A stretch of DNA of 64,000 bases from a virus (Duplodnaviria; Caudoviricetes): IMG/VR virus record IMGVR_UViG_3300037400_001189, positions 1 to 64,000 of that record. One strand, given 5' to 3'. The notes under the pieces were generated by a model. It searched no databases. It was not told the origin of the DNA and was given only the letters and a program-made list of their open reading frames with translations. Positions 53,723 to 63,263 of the stretch are shown one piece after another. The translations under genes and the position numbers were made by a program. Position 1 is the stretch's first letter. Each line of letters starts with the position of its first letter.

Positions 53723-54284
53723 TCCCTACTTGCAGTCTTTTCAGCAGAACTATCTGCAACCACAGAGTTCTGACATGATAAAGATGCCTTCTTTGTCTCA
53801 GAATCTAGTGAAGCCTACTCTTGGTCTTACTCAAATAGAAAACTTCAAGCCAGTAGAACGGTTTACTGACAGTACTGGTACTCTATGGAAATTATCCAAA
53901 TCTAGCTTTGATTCTACCAAGGATGTACCTGATCCTAAAGGAGTACAGATTTTAGACTACTGGAATCATGAGTTTCTTAATGTAAAGCAGAAGTTGTATG
54001 TTTATGTGGTAGAAGGCACTAGATTACCTAGAGTTGACACTGAGCAGCCTTCACGCATAATGTATCAATGGTTTAGTCAGACATTTGTTCCAAAGTTTGA
54101 TCCTACAATGATTACAGAGAAAGAATGGTTAAAAGCTAATATTTATTCTGCTCCAATAGTTGACTCTCGTGTAAGCAAGCTGTATGCGATATGTCATGTT
54201 ACAGCTCCTGAACCACAAGTTGAAGCTGTCATAGACGAAAATGGTCTATTGAAAGTAGAGGAGCTGACTGATGAAACTGCTTAA
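53712..54284 (+). CDS. Hypothetical protein with a Gln-rich N-terminus
   Basis: Overlap-coupled; MLSNPYLQSFQQNYLQPQ. Confidence 0.7.
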   Translation: MLSNPYLQSFQQNYLQPQSSDMIKMPSLSQNLVKPTLGLTQIENFKPVERFTDSTGTLWKLSKSSFDSTKDVPDPKGVQILDYWNHEFLNVKQKLYVYVVEGTRLPRVDTEQPSRIMYQWFSQTFVPKFDPTMITEKEWLKANIYSAPIVDSRVSKLYAICHVTAPEPQVEAVIDENGLLKVEELTDETA

Positions 54285-54489
54285 AGATGTAGAGGATTTC
54301 ATTAAGAAAGATGACAGAAATCCTGCAGAGCAGATGAACTATATAAAACAGCTTGGTACAATGATGATGTTCAGCTCTAGGCTGCATAGGGATCATGTAG
54401 TAGCTTTCTGTGGTTCATTATTAGGCATGTATGAAAACTTAAATAAAGATGCTGATGAGCAGGAACAGCTCATTAAGCTGGAGAAGTAA
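54271..54489 (+). CDS. Hypothetical protein
   Basis: Overlap-coupled; GGAG SD. Confidence 0.65.
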   Translation: MKLLKDVEDFIKKDDRNPAEQMNYIKQLGTMMMFSSRLHRDHVVAFCGSLLGMYENLNKDADEQEQLIKLEK

Positions 54490-56967
54490 ATGGCATATTT
54501 AGATTATCCCGGACTAGCCTACTTTAAAAGTCTCTTGGATCAAACCTACCTTCGTGTAGATTATGATGGAGACACTACTATTGCAGGTCATGTCACTTTC
54601 ACTAATCCAATTACTGGAGATATTGATGGCAGAGCTAAAAAAGATTGGCTAGGTCAGCAATTTGATACTACTTATCTCAAGGACATTCAGCCTGATGAAA
54701 GTGGTGCATTAAAGCTTATTCTTGGCAATGGACAAGTATCCCATCTAGTAACTGATACTACAGTTACTCAGGAACGTTCTAGTGCTAATGAAACCTATCC
54801 TATTCTTCTTTGCTATGATGAAAATGCAACAGCTGATCAAATAGCCAAGAAAGTTAAGTATGGTCATGATGTGCAGATTAATCCTGCATATGGCTATATC
54901 TATGCTCAAGGCTATGTAGAAAAGCATCCTGCGTACAACCGTACTACTGCTCAGTCTTCTAGAGTAGAATGGATGTTTGATTTTAGAGATAGTGTTCTTA
55001 ATCCTGTTGGTCAGATTTACAGCTATATTGATCCATCTGGTCAAGGTGGAGAGCATAGAATGGAATTTAGGCTGTATGGTAATCCTCATACAACTAGCCT
55101 TAATCTTCCAAACTATAACTTTGAGACAGATACTGTAAGCCTTGGTGTAAGTTCTACTAAAGGTGACAAGCTTACCTTCTTTGGTTATGCACCTTCTACC
55201 CCAATATACCTTGAAAACGGTTCTACTATGCGTAAGTCTACTGTTCGTGGTGACCAGTATGGTAGAGATATTATTACTCGTGACTGGCTTAATTTAAATG
55301 GTTCCATTACTGGCTTAGTTCATACCTATATGGATGAAACTATTGATGGTTACAAAACATTCTTAAAGACTGTTACTATTGATAGTGGCAATGATAATGC
55401 CAAGGCTGGACTAAATGTTCAGGGTGATGTCAATATTGATAGTGGAGATGCTAGCAAACCTAGCAACCTTTATGTTCAGGGCAATAGTCATATCCACGGC
55501 AATGAGGACATTGACGGTAATCTGAATGTTGATGGTACTAGCGATCAGCATGGCAATGTTCATATGTATCATAATCTTGATGTAGATGGTAATGCCAATA
55601 CCGATGGTAATCAGACCATAGGTGGTATTCTTACTGTTACAGGCAAGATTACTGGCAATGGTGGTGCTGAAATCAGTGGTGGTAGTGGATTAAAAGTTAA
55701 TGGTACTACAACTACTACTAATCTTTCTGTTACTGATGATGCTACTATTGGTGATGATTTAACTGTTAATGGTGATACTTCTGTTGCAGGATCTTTAAAT
55801 AAAATCGTTAATAATGCTGTAACTGAATATGTTCAATATATTACTAATCAACCTTCTAATAGACAGCAAATTGCTGCTAACTTAATAGATACCTCTAAGG
55901 GTTTAAAGCTTTATAGTGGTAAGATTGGTGTTAATGCTGGTCAGAGTTTATCCTTTGATTCTAATGGTGTAATTGATGTTGATTTTGATCAAATGCCTAC
56001 TGATAAATTTGAAAAACTTTTACAGCAATTACATTTACCTCTTTATGTAGGTGAAAAGAATGGTTCCAGCACTATCGGTACTGAATTTTATGTAGCTCCT
56101 AATGGTGTAAACAATACTGCAGATGGTCGTGGTAGATCTGCAGATAAGCCTTGGCAGACTATTGCTTATGCTACTCAAACTATTGCTAAAAACTATAACA
56201 TTAGCACAAAGACTGTTCATATTAATGTAGCTGCAGGTGAATATGATGAACATGTAGATTTGCCTATGCTCCAACGTACTACAGGTAAAGTGGTTATTCG
56301 TCCTGCTAGTTCTAATGCTTCTGTTACAATTTCTAGGAATGCTGCATCTGGTGGTTGTATTGCTCATACAGGTGGTGCTTGGGAGCTTCATAAAATTACT
56401 TTAAAAATGACGATTCAAACTGCAAGTTCTAATTCATTTCCATATTTAGTAGAATCTACAGATTCAACTGGTTATGTTGAATTGCATGGATGTCCAATGC
56501 AAGTTATTGATAGTACGTCTGGCACTACTCAAACAGATGCTAGATTAATTTGGGTTGCTGGTGGTAAAATTAATATCAATACTCATAACGATTTTACAGG
56601 AACAGATTCCCAGATTACTTGGTCCCGTACTGGTACTAATATTAACTCTTTACATTGGCTGTATATTGAAAATAGTGGTGTAGTTCAGTTTCTTAGAAGT
56701 ACAGCATCAGGTAATAAAGTTATTAATGTAACTGGTACATTTAATACTTTTGCTAAAGTTCTTTACATGGGATTACTTAGGTATTTAGGTACAGGTACAG
56801 GTGTTTCATTTACGGGTAATGCTACCGGTACTGAATTTGCTGTTAGTACTGGTGGTGCTATTACTACAGATGCTGAAAACAATGCTCACTGGTTCCCCGG
56901 TGATACTAATGGCTGGGTATCTTCTGGTACTGGTTCTTGGATTTCTCCTGCCGCTAACTATGAATAA
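54490..56967 (+). CDS. Second tail fibre/spike with a beta-helical region
   Basis: N-terminal YLDYPGLAYF; shares T.VTQ...YPILL and DIITRDW...VH...ETI.G.KTF modules with the other fibres; G-N/D beta-roll repeats. Confidence 0.82.
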   Translation: MAYLDYPGLAYFKSLLDQTYLRVDYDGDTTIAGHVTFTNPITGDIDGRAKKDWLGQQFDTTYLKDIQPDESGALKLILGNGQVSHLVTDTTVTQERSSANETYPILLCYDENATADQIAKKVKYGHDVQINPAYGYIYAQGYVEKHPAYNRTTAQSSRVEWMFDFRDSVLNPVGQIYSYIDPSGQGGEHRMEFRLYGNPHTTSLNLPNYNFETDTVSLGVSSTKGDKLTFFGYAPSTPIYLENGSTMRKSTVRGDQYGRDIITRDWLNLNGSITGLVHTYMDETIDGYKTFLKTVTIDSGNDNAKAGLNVQGDVNIDSGDASKPSNLYVQGNSHIHGNEDIDGNLNVDGTSDQHGNVHMYHNLDVDGNANTDGNQTIGGILTVTGKITGNGGAEISGGSGLKVNGTTTTTNLSVTDDATIGDDLTVNGDTSVAGSLNKIVNNAVTEYVQYITNQPSNRQQIAANLIDTSKGLKLYSGKIGVNAGQSLSFDSNGVIDVDFDQMPTDKFEKLLQQLHLPLYVGEKNGSSTIGTEFYVAPNGVNNTADGRGRSADKPWQTIAYATQTIAKNYNISTKTVHINVAAGEYDEHVDLPMLQRTTGKVVIRPASSNASVTISRNAASGGCIAHTGGAWELHKITLKMTIQTASSNSFPYLVESTDSTGYVELHGCPMQVIDSTSGTTQTDARLIWVAGGKININTHNDFTGTDSQITWSRTGTNINSLHWLYIENSGVVQFLRSTASGNKVINVTGTFNTFAKVLYMGLLRYLGTGTGVSFTGNATGTEFAVSTGGAITTDAENNAHWFPGDTNGWVSSGTGSWISPAANYE

Positions 56968-56969
56968 TT

Positions 56970-57557
56970 ATGATAGTTCAAGACATTATTTCTTTAATAC
57001 AGATTAGATCTCAGCATCTTGCTATAGCCAAGAATAATGATGCTATTATTCATTTCATTAATCTTGGAATGGAAGAGCTTTATCGTAGATTTAATCTGTC
57101 TATTAAATCAGAAACAGTATTAACTGTATCTGATAGAGCTCTCTATGAGCTTTCTAATGAAGATGTGCAGATGCTGTTATCTCTTAATCATAGAACTGGC
57201 ATAGAAATGAAACAGTCTGATGTACTAGATTCTATGAACTATGACTATAAGATAGTAAACTATAGATCTTTTATATTAAGAAAACCATTTGATGGCTATG
57301 TCTATGCTATTTATAAAGCATCTCCAGTTATGTTAAGAGATATAAACGACAAGATAAAGCTTCCTGGTACTATGATTCCTGCACTGCTTACTTATGTCAT
57401 GTACATGAGTCATGATGTCATAAATAGAGATAATAAGACTGAATCTAATAATTTCTACAAGATGTTTGAACTGCAGTGCAGGGAACTTGATTTACAAGGC
57501 TTTACAGTTCCTTTAAATACTGAAAGCACAGCTGTACAGGCTAGAGGATATGTATAA
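56970..57557 (+). CDS. Head-tail adaptor-like structural protein
   Basis: Position in the N4-type structural block; FINLGMEELYRRFNL...PALLTYVMY. Confidence 0.55.
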   Translation: MIVQDIISLIQIRSQHLAIAKNNDAIIHFINLGMEELYRRFNLSIKSETVLTVSDRALYELSNEDVQMLLSLNHRTGIEMKQSDVLDSMNYDYKIVNYRSFILRKPFDGYVYAIYKASPVMLRDINDKIKLPGTMIPALLTYVMYMSHDVINRDNKTESNNFYKMFELQCRELDLQGFTVPLNTESTAVQARGYV

Positions 57558-57979
57558 TGATATATACATGCATAGGTAATATACCTCTTCAGGTACATCC
57601 TAGATGCAGACATGCTCCTATGGATGTGTATCATAAGAAGAAATGGTGCAAACCTGTTAAAGGTACATTAAGCGAGATAAATGCTTCTCAGCCTTATCTG
57701 TATGTCAATGAAACTATGGATGGCTGTAAGGAAGTTAAATATCATGTTAATTTGATTGATCTGTTAGACAGGGTTTTTATGAATGACAATTTGAAGAATC
57801 TCAGCGAGGAGCAGATGGAGTTTATTACTGCCTTCTTTGAACAGGCAGGACTAGCTACAGACAGAATTAGGTCCAATGTTCCCAATCCATACAGCGGCAT
57901 GGATGAAGCATTCATGGACTTAAACAGCTTCTTAGGAGGTTATTCAGGAGTTGACTATGGGCAATATGCACGACTGTAA
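57557..57979 (+). CDS. Hypothetical structural protein
   Basis: TAATG coupling. Confidence 0.6.
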   Translation: MIYTCIGNIPLQVHPRCRHAPMDVYHKKKWCKPVKGTLSEINASQPYLYVNETMDGCKEVKYHVNLIDLLDRVFMNDNLKNLSEEQMEFITAFFEQAGLATDRIRSNVPNPYSGMDEAFMDLNSFLGGYSGVDYGQYARL

Positions 57980-58661
57980 CTGTACACCTCCACCTTCTGG
58001 TGGACTTCCTCCTAAATTTCATCCTATGCCTCCATACTGGGGCTATGGATTTCCACCTCCTCCAATGGGAGGCTGCATGCCTCCTCCACCTCCTGCTCCT
58101 TATAGGCCAGCTCCTTATCCTCATGTGCATGGATGTCCTGATCATCCTCATATGCTAGATCCAAAGCATCTGCATTTGTTTCTAGAGGAAAGGAACAACA
58201 AGAATAACAGTTTCATCGCCAATGTTAACGTAGTAGCTGCTAATATTAATTCTCTTAATCTAGTGGCTAACCATATGTGCGAAATCATCAGGGTTGCATA
58301 TGGCATGGAAGATATTCAGATGGTTTCTGAACATCTGGAATACGTTAACTTTCTTGCCAAGAACATTGGTCCTATTACTGCTCTTATTTCCCAAAATTCT
58401 GGTCTTGCATTTAGATTTGTAGATACTGTAGTCATTGATGAACCACAGGATGAACAGTATGTGATTACATTTGCAGACGAGTATGCTGGATACCTTCCCG
58501 GCAGTGCAATGCTGCTAGTATCCTATAATGGAGCAGACTGCAGAATTGGAGAGCAGTACGAGGAAGTGGGAGATATTGGAGTTCTTTCCAATAAAGTGAA
58601 GATGCTGTTCCCGTTGAGAGCAGGAGACGAGATTACATTCAGAGTTATTGCACAGTGCTAG
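57951..58661 (+). CDS. Structural protein with a Pro-rich N-terminus and a coiled-coil tail-attachment-like segment
   Basis: PPPP runs; INSLNLVANHMCEIIRVA heptads. Confidence 0.65.
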   Translation: MTMGNMHDCNCTPPPSGGLPPKFHPMPPYWGYGFPPPPMGGCMPPPPPAPYRPAPYPHVHGCPDHPHMLDPKHLHLFLEERNNKNNSFIANVNVVAANINSLNLVANHMCEIIRVAYGMEDIQMVSEHLEYVNFLAKNIGPITALISQNSGLAFRFVDTVVIDEPQDEQYVITFADEYAGYLPGSAMLLVSYNGADCRIGEQYEEVGDIGVLSNKVKMLFPLRAGDEITFRVIAQC

Positions 58662-58725
58662 TATAGTGGAGGCTCTGCTTCGGCAGAGTCTCTGCTATGT
58701 GTAATGTTCCTGATAGGAGGATGCT

Positions 58726-59028
58726 ATGGGTAAAGCCCCTAAAGTATGGATTCCAGTAGCAACTGGTACTACTGCTGAACGTGATCTCAGAGATCGTTTT
58801 GCAGACTTTATTAATTTGAAAGACTATGGTGCTGTAGGTGATCAGGTAACTGACGATACTACTGCTTGGAATTATTTTCAGACTGCAGAAGGTGGAGTGA
58901 AGTACATTCCTAGAGGTCACTATCGGGTTAATGGAGAAATTCTTCATTATCCAGATGGAGAGATTCTTGGCTATGTAAAGATTCCTGACACTATAACTAA
59001 TCCGCAGATTCTTGCACTGTTCGAGTAG
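58726..59028 (+). CDS. Mini tailspike-like adaptor
   Basis: LRDRFADFINLKDYGAVGDQVTDDTTA (pectate-lyase-3-type tailspike entry motif) with no beta-helix after it; ends TITNPQILALFE. Confidence 0.7.
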   Translation: MGKAPKVWIPVATGTTAERDLRDRFADFINLKDYGAVGDQVTDDTTAWNYFQTAEGGVKYIPRGHYRVNGEILHYPDGEILGYVKIPDTITNPQILALFE

Positions 59029-59033
59029 TAGCC

Positions 59034-59213
59034 ATGGGAAACATAGTAGGTGCATGTCCATTTTATCATGACGATCATCCCTGTCTCTATGGAAGCAAAT
59101 GTCCCAGCTGCAAGTATTTTATTAAGTTTCAGAAAAGACAGAAAATCTTTAGATGGTTGCTAGTGGCTATTGGCATTGCCTTTGTAGCAACTCAACTATA
59201 TGTGATGTGGTAG
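59034..59213 (+). CDS. Small protein with a Cys-rich N-terminus and a C-terminal TM (59 aa); possible lysis accessory
   Basis: Translated by hand: MGNIVGACPFY...RWLLVAIGIAFVATQLYVMW. Confidence 0.55.
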   Translation: MGNIVGACPFYHDDHPCLYGSKCPSCKYFIKFQKRQKIFRWLLVAIGIAFVATQLYVMW

Positions 59214-59216
59214 CAT

Positions 59217-59552
59217 ATGTTTGATTTAAGCACTTTACAGTTAACCATATTTGCTGCATTTGGTGGCTTTATTGGTTTCTTTGCTTTTAGCAACAAGCCT
59301 TCCATGACTCGCATTGAACGATGCTTTGGACTGCTTGTTTCTGTTGGCATAGGAGTTATTCTTGCCTTGCCAGTGCATGCTTATCTGGTTGACTATGAAA
59401 TCTGCTCCAAGCATCTAGCCGACATGATAGTTGGAGTTGTGGGATTAGGCATGCCTGATTTAGTAAAGACTAATCTTCCACAGCTGCAAAAGTTATTTGT
59501 AGAAAAATTCCTTCGTGGAAGCATTAATGCTGGAAAGGTGAAAGATGACTAG
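59217..59552 (+). CDS. Putative holin
   Basis: Three TM segments, charged C-terminus, next to the portal as in the N4 lysis region. Confidence 0.65.
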   Translation: MFDLSTLQLTIFAAFGGFIGFFAFSNKPSMTRIERCFGLLVSVGIGVILALPVHAYLVDYEICSKHLADMIVGVVGLGMPDLVKTNLPQLQKLFVEKFLRGSINAGKVKDD

Positions 59553-61686
59553 AGAAGAATTAAGAACAGTGCTTGAAGAAGGGATTGCTGAAGCAGAAGA
59601 TAGGCAGGATGAACTGCAGGAAAGGGATTCTCTCGTTGACTGGGAGAATCCCCCTACTGTTAAAGATTTAAAGGCTGACTTAGATGAAGCTAGAGGAAGC
59701 CATCAGCAGCATGTAGCAAAAGTAAATGAATGGATAGACTCTCTTCGTGGCAAATTGAAGATCAAGGTTCAGGATGGCAGAAGCAGAGTTCAGCCTAAGC
59801 TTGTTAGAAAGCAGAATGAATGGAGATATTCTGCTCTTGAAGAGCCTTTTTTAAGCACTGACAAGATGTTTGTAGTTGATCCTGTTACTGCAATGGACGT
59901 AGAAGCAGCTAGGCAGAATCAGCTTATACTTAACAAGCAGTTTCGTACTGACATTAATAAAGTTAAGTTCATTAACAAGTATGTAAGAACTGCAGTCAAT
60001 ACAGGTACAGTAATTGTTAAGCTGTCATGGGAAACTCAAACAGGAGTTGTTACTGAAGAAGTTCCAACTATGACAGAGACTCCTGAACAGCTCTATTTTG
60101 CTCTTGAACAGATGATGATGCAGGGAGAAATAGATCCTGAAACTGCACAGCAGATGATGGCTTCTGGTGAACCTATTCAGGTAGGCACTCATTATGAAGA
60201 AGTAGAAAAGGAGATAGTTAATCGTCCTGTACTGGAAGTTAAAGATAGCAGAGATGTTATTATAGATCCTTCTTGTGAAGGTGTTATAGAGCATGCACAG
60301 TTTATTATAGACAGATTTACTTCTGATCTGTCTACGTTGAAGAAGGATGGAAGATACAGTAATTTAGATAAGATACCTGAATCTGCCTATAATACCTTTG
60401 ATGACTATGGCTATAGAAAAGTGGAAGAAGATGTAAGCTTCAGGTTTAATGACAAGGCTAGAAAGAAGCTTACAGTATATGAATACTGGGGATTCTGGGA
60501 TATTCATAATGATGGTACTGTACTGCCTATTGTAGCTACATGGGTAGGAGATACCATGATTAGACTGGAAGAGAATCCTTATCCAGACAAGGAACTTCCA
60601 TTTGTAGTGGTGCAGTATCTTCCTCCAGACAATGATACAGTATATGGAGATGCAGATGCTTCATTGCTGAAAGACAATCAGGACATTATAGGTGCTGTTA
60701 CAAGGTCTATGGTAGATCTTATAGGAAGATCAGCTAATGCACAGCAAGGTGTTAGAAAAGATATACTAGATCCAATTAATCGTGACAGGTTTAACAAAGG
60801 ATTAGACTTTGAATTTAACCCTGTAGGCAATCTTCAGGATGGCATCTATATGACCAAGCTTCCAGAGATTCCTCAATCTGCTATGGAAGTAATAGGTCTT
60901 CAGAATAGCGAAGCAGAAGCTCTTACAGGCGTTAAGAGCTTTAGCCAAGGTATTACATCTGAATCTTTAGGCAATGTAGCTTCAGGCATTAGATCTGCTA
61001 TGGATGCTACAGCTAAAAGAGAATTAGGCATTCTTAGAAGACTATCTGATGGCATTAGACAGATTGGAAGAAAGATAATGGCTATGAATTCTGTATGGCT
61101 TTCTGATGAAGAAGTTATACGGATTACAGATGACGAGTTTGTGAACATTAGCAGAGCATCTCTTGCAGGAAATTTTGATTTAAATATCAATGTTTCTACT
61201 GCAGAAGTTGACAATCAGAAAGCAGAAGAGTTAGCTTTCATGCTTCAAACTACAGGCAATACTCTTCCCTTTGACATTACAAAGATTATATTGTGCAAAA
61301 TAGCTGAACTTAGGAAGCTTCCTGATTTAGCTAAAATGATAATGGATTATACTCCTCAGCCTGATCCTCTTATGCAGCAGAAGGCACAGCTTGAATGTCA
61401 GCTGCTTGAAGCTCAGATTGCCAATGAACAGGCTAAGGCTTACGAGAATGAGGCTGACATTGACCTTAAGAGAGCTAAGACTGATTCTGAACGTGCCAAG
61501 TCTAGAAAGACTGTCAGTGAAGCTGATAGAATTGATCTTGATTATGTCAATGAGGCTACAGGAGTTAATAGAGCTAATCAGCTGCAGGACAAGCAGATGG
61601 ATGCTCAAAATGCACAGGAACAGACTATGCTTAAAGGTCATTACGACTTAAGAAAGCAAAGTCAGAAACCAAGTCAATCCAAATAG
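59545..61686 (+). CDS. Portal protein (N4 gp59-like)
   Basis: W.NPPTV..LK.DL...GRSRVQPKLVRKQNEWRYSALEEPFLS; RENPYPD...PFVVVQY. Confidence 0.92.
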   Translation: MTREELRTVLEEGIAEAEDRQDELQERDSLVDWENPPTVKDLKADLDEARGSHQQHVAKVNEWIDSLRGKLKIKVQDGRSRVQPKLVRKQNEWRYSALEEPFLSTDKMFVVDPVTAMDVEAARQNQLILNKQFRTDINKVKFINKYVRTAVNTGTVIVKLSWETQTGVVTEEVPTMTETPEQLYFALEQMMMQGEIDPETAQQMMASGEPIQVGTHYEEVEKEIVNRPVLEVKDSRDVIIDPSCEGVIEHAQFIIDRFTSDLSTLKKDGRYSNLDKIPESAYNTFDDYGYRKVEEDVSFRFNDKARKKLTVYEYWGFWDIHNDGTVLPIVATWVGDTMIRLEENPYPDKELPFVVVQYLPPDNDTVYGDADASLLKDNQDIIGAVTRSMVDLIGRSANAQQGVRKDILDPINRDRFNKGLDFEFNPVGNLQDGIYMTKLPEIPQSAMEVIGLQNSEAEALTGVKSFSQGITSESLGNVASGIRSAMDATAKRELGILRRLSDGIRQIGRKIMAMNSVWLSDEEVIRITDDEFVNISRASLAGNFDLNINVSTAEVDNQKAEELAFMLQTTGNTLPFDITKIILCKIAELRKLPDLAKMIMDYTPQPDPLMQQKAQLECQLLEAQIANEQAKAYENEADIDLKRAKTDSERAKSRKTVSEADRIDLDYVNEATGVNRANQLQDKQMDAQNAQEQTMLKGHYDLRKQSQKPSQSK

Positions 61687-61687
61687 G

Positions 61688-61716
61688 TTGACATAATTTT
61701 AATTTACGATTAACAG
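61688..61716 (+). promoter_or_regulatory. Possible sigma70-type late promoter for the capsid operon
   Basis: TTGACA-17 nt-TAACAG; weak -10 element. Confidence 0.3.
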
Positions 61717-61749
61717 CGAAAGCTGAATCGAAGACACAAGGAGAATTTT

Positions 61750-62136
61750 ATGTCAGAAGAAACCAAGACTGAACAGATTTCCATTACTCCCGAACAGGCT
61801 AACGAGATTCGCAAGGAGTGCAACAAGCGTATTGAAATGGCTAAGGCTCTTAGGAATCTCTATGACAATGCAGATTTCAAGAAGGTGTTTCTTGAAGGCT
61901 ACCGTAAGGATGAAGCTACTAGGCTTGTAGGTCTTCTAGGTGAAGCTAACTTTAATGCTTCAGACAAGAAGGCTGCATATCGTGAAGAGCTTCATGAATG
62001 CATGGTAGGCATTGGCAGATTTACAGAGTATTGCAGAAATGTATTTAACATTGCAGAACAGGCAGACAAAACTCTTCATGATCTTCATGAAGCTGAAACT
62101 AGTTCTGAAGAGCCTGCAGTGGAAACAGTTCAGTAG
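61750..62136 (+). CDS. N4 gp58-like protein
   Basis: AKALRNLYDNADFKKVFLEGY...EATRLV; position between portal and scaffold. Confidence 0.75.
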   Translation: MSEETKTEQISITPEQANEIRKECNKRIEMAKALRNLYDNADFKKVFLEGYRKDEATRLVGLLGEANFNASDKKAAYREELHECMVGIGRFTEYCRNVFNIAEQADKTLHDLHEAETSSEEPAVETVQ

Positions 62137-62145
62137 GAGTAGAGC

Positions 62146-63252
62146 ATGGCAGACGATACCGAAAAGGAAGATCAGACTCTTGACGAAGAAGAGCAATTTG
62201 ATGACTCTGAAGAGGTAGAAGAAGCTGAATCTTCTGAAGAAGAGGAACAGCAGGAAAGTTCTGAAGAAGAAAAATCTGAGGAGATTGACTTTGAATCAAT
62301 GTCTGATGAAGAATTCTCTCAGTACATGGCTAATGAAGAGAAGATTATTGCTTCTCAGAAAGAGCCTAAGGAAGAACCTAAAGCTGAACCTAGGCAGAAG
62401 GAGAAGGTTGAAGATGCTCCTGAAGTAGAGGAATCTGACAAGACTCCTTCATTCGACTATAAAGCAGCCTATGAAAGCTTATTCAAGCCTTTCAAGGCTA
62501 ACGGAAAGGAAATAGCTCCACGTTCAATGGAAGACATTGTGAGCCTTATGCAGATGGGTGCCAACTACACCAAGAAGATGCAGCTGATGGCTCCAATGAA
62601 GAGAGCAGTAGAATCTCTCAATAAAGCAGGCATTAATGAAGAGGAGCTTAATTTTCTTATAGACGTGCATAGGGGAGATAAGGAAGCTATCAAGACTCTG
62701 CTAAAGAGAAATGAGATTGACCCTATGGACGTGGATTTGGAGGATACAAACTATCGTCCAAATGCAAACCTAGCTTCCGATGAAGACGTAGAATTTTCTG
62801 ATGCACTTCAGGATGCACATGATTCTCTTCCAAGGATTAATGAGATTCTCAAGGATACTTGGGATGCAAAGAGCAAGGAACAACTCCTGCAGAATCCTGC
62901 TCTTATCAGAGGTCTGCATGAAGAGATTCAAATGGGCAGATTTGACGGTGTACAGAAGATTGTGGAAAGCGAGAAGATGTTTGGCAGATATAAAGGAGTT
63001 TCCGATATTGATGCCTACATTGACGTGGTTACAAAGCTGGTAGCACAGCAGCAACAGCAGCAAGGCATGGCTAAGCCTCAAGCTCCTAAGTCTGCAGCTC
63101 CAAGACAAAGCAAACCTGTCCCAGACAAATCCAAGGCTGCTCCTACTAGGACTAAAGCTAAGTCCAGCAAGAAGAGCCAGATGACTATGGAAGATCTATT
63201 CTCTCTTTCTGACGAAGAGTTCGAAAAGTTATCAATTAAAGACATTATTTAG
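62146..63252 (+). CDS. N4 gp57-like scaffold/tape-measure protein
   Basis: Acidic N-terminus; PFKANGKEI...LMQMGANYTKKMQ. Confidence 0.8.
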   Translation: MADDTEKEDQTLDEEEQFDDSEEVEEAESSEEEEQQESSEEEKSEEIDFESMSDEEFSQYMANEEKIIASQKEPKEEPKAEPRQKEKVEDAPEVEESDKTPSFDYKAAYESLFKPFKANGKEIAPRSMEDIVSLMQMGANYTKKMQLMAPMKRAVESLNKAGINEEELNFLIDVHRGDKEAIKTLLKRNEIDPMDVDLEDTNYRPNANLASDEDVEFSDALQDAHDSLPRINEILKDTWDAKSKEQLLQNPALIRGLHEEIQMGRFDGVQKIVESEKMFGRYKGVSDIDAYIDVVTKLVAQQQQQQGMAKPQAPKSAAPRQSKPVPDKSKAAPTRTKAKSSKKSQMTMEDLFSLSDEEFEKLSIKDII

Positions 63253-63263
63253 GAGAATAGACT

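Noticed and set aside
48035-56967. Diversity-generating retroelement or invertible tail-fibre cassette
   Set aside because: No reverse transcriptase, TR/VR pair, invertase or inverted crossover sites seen; the repeats are protein-level modules
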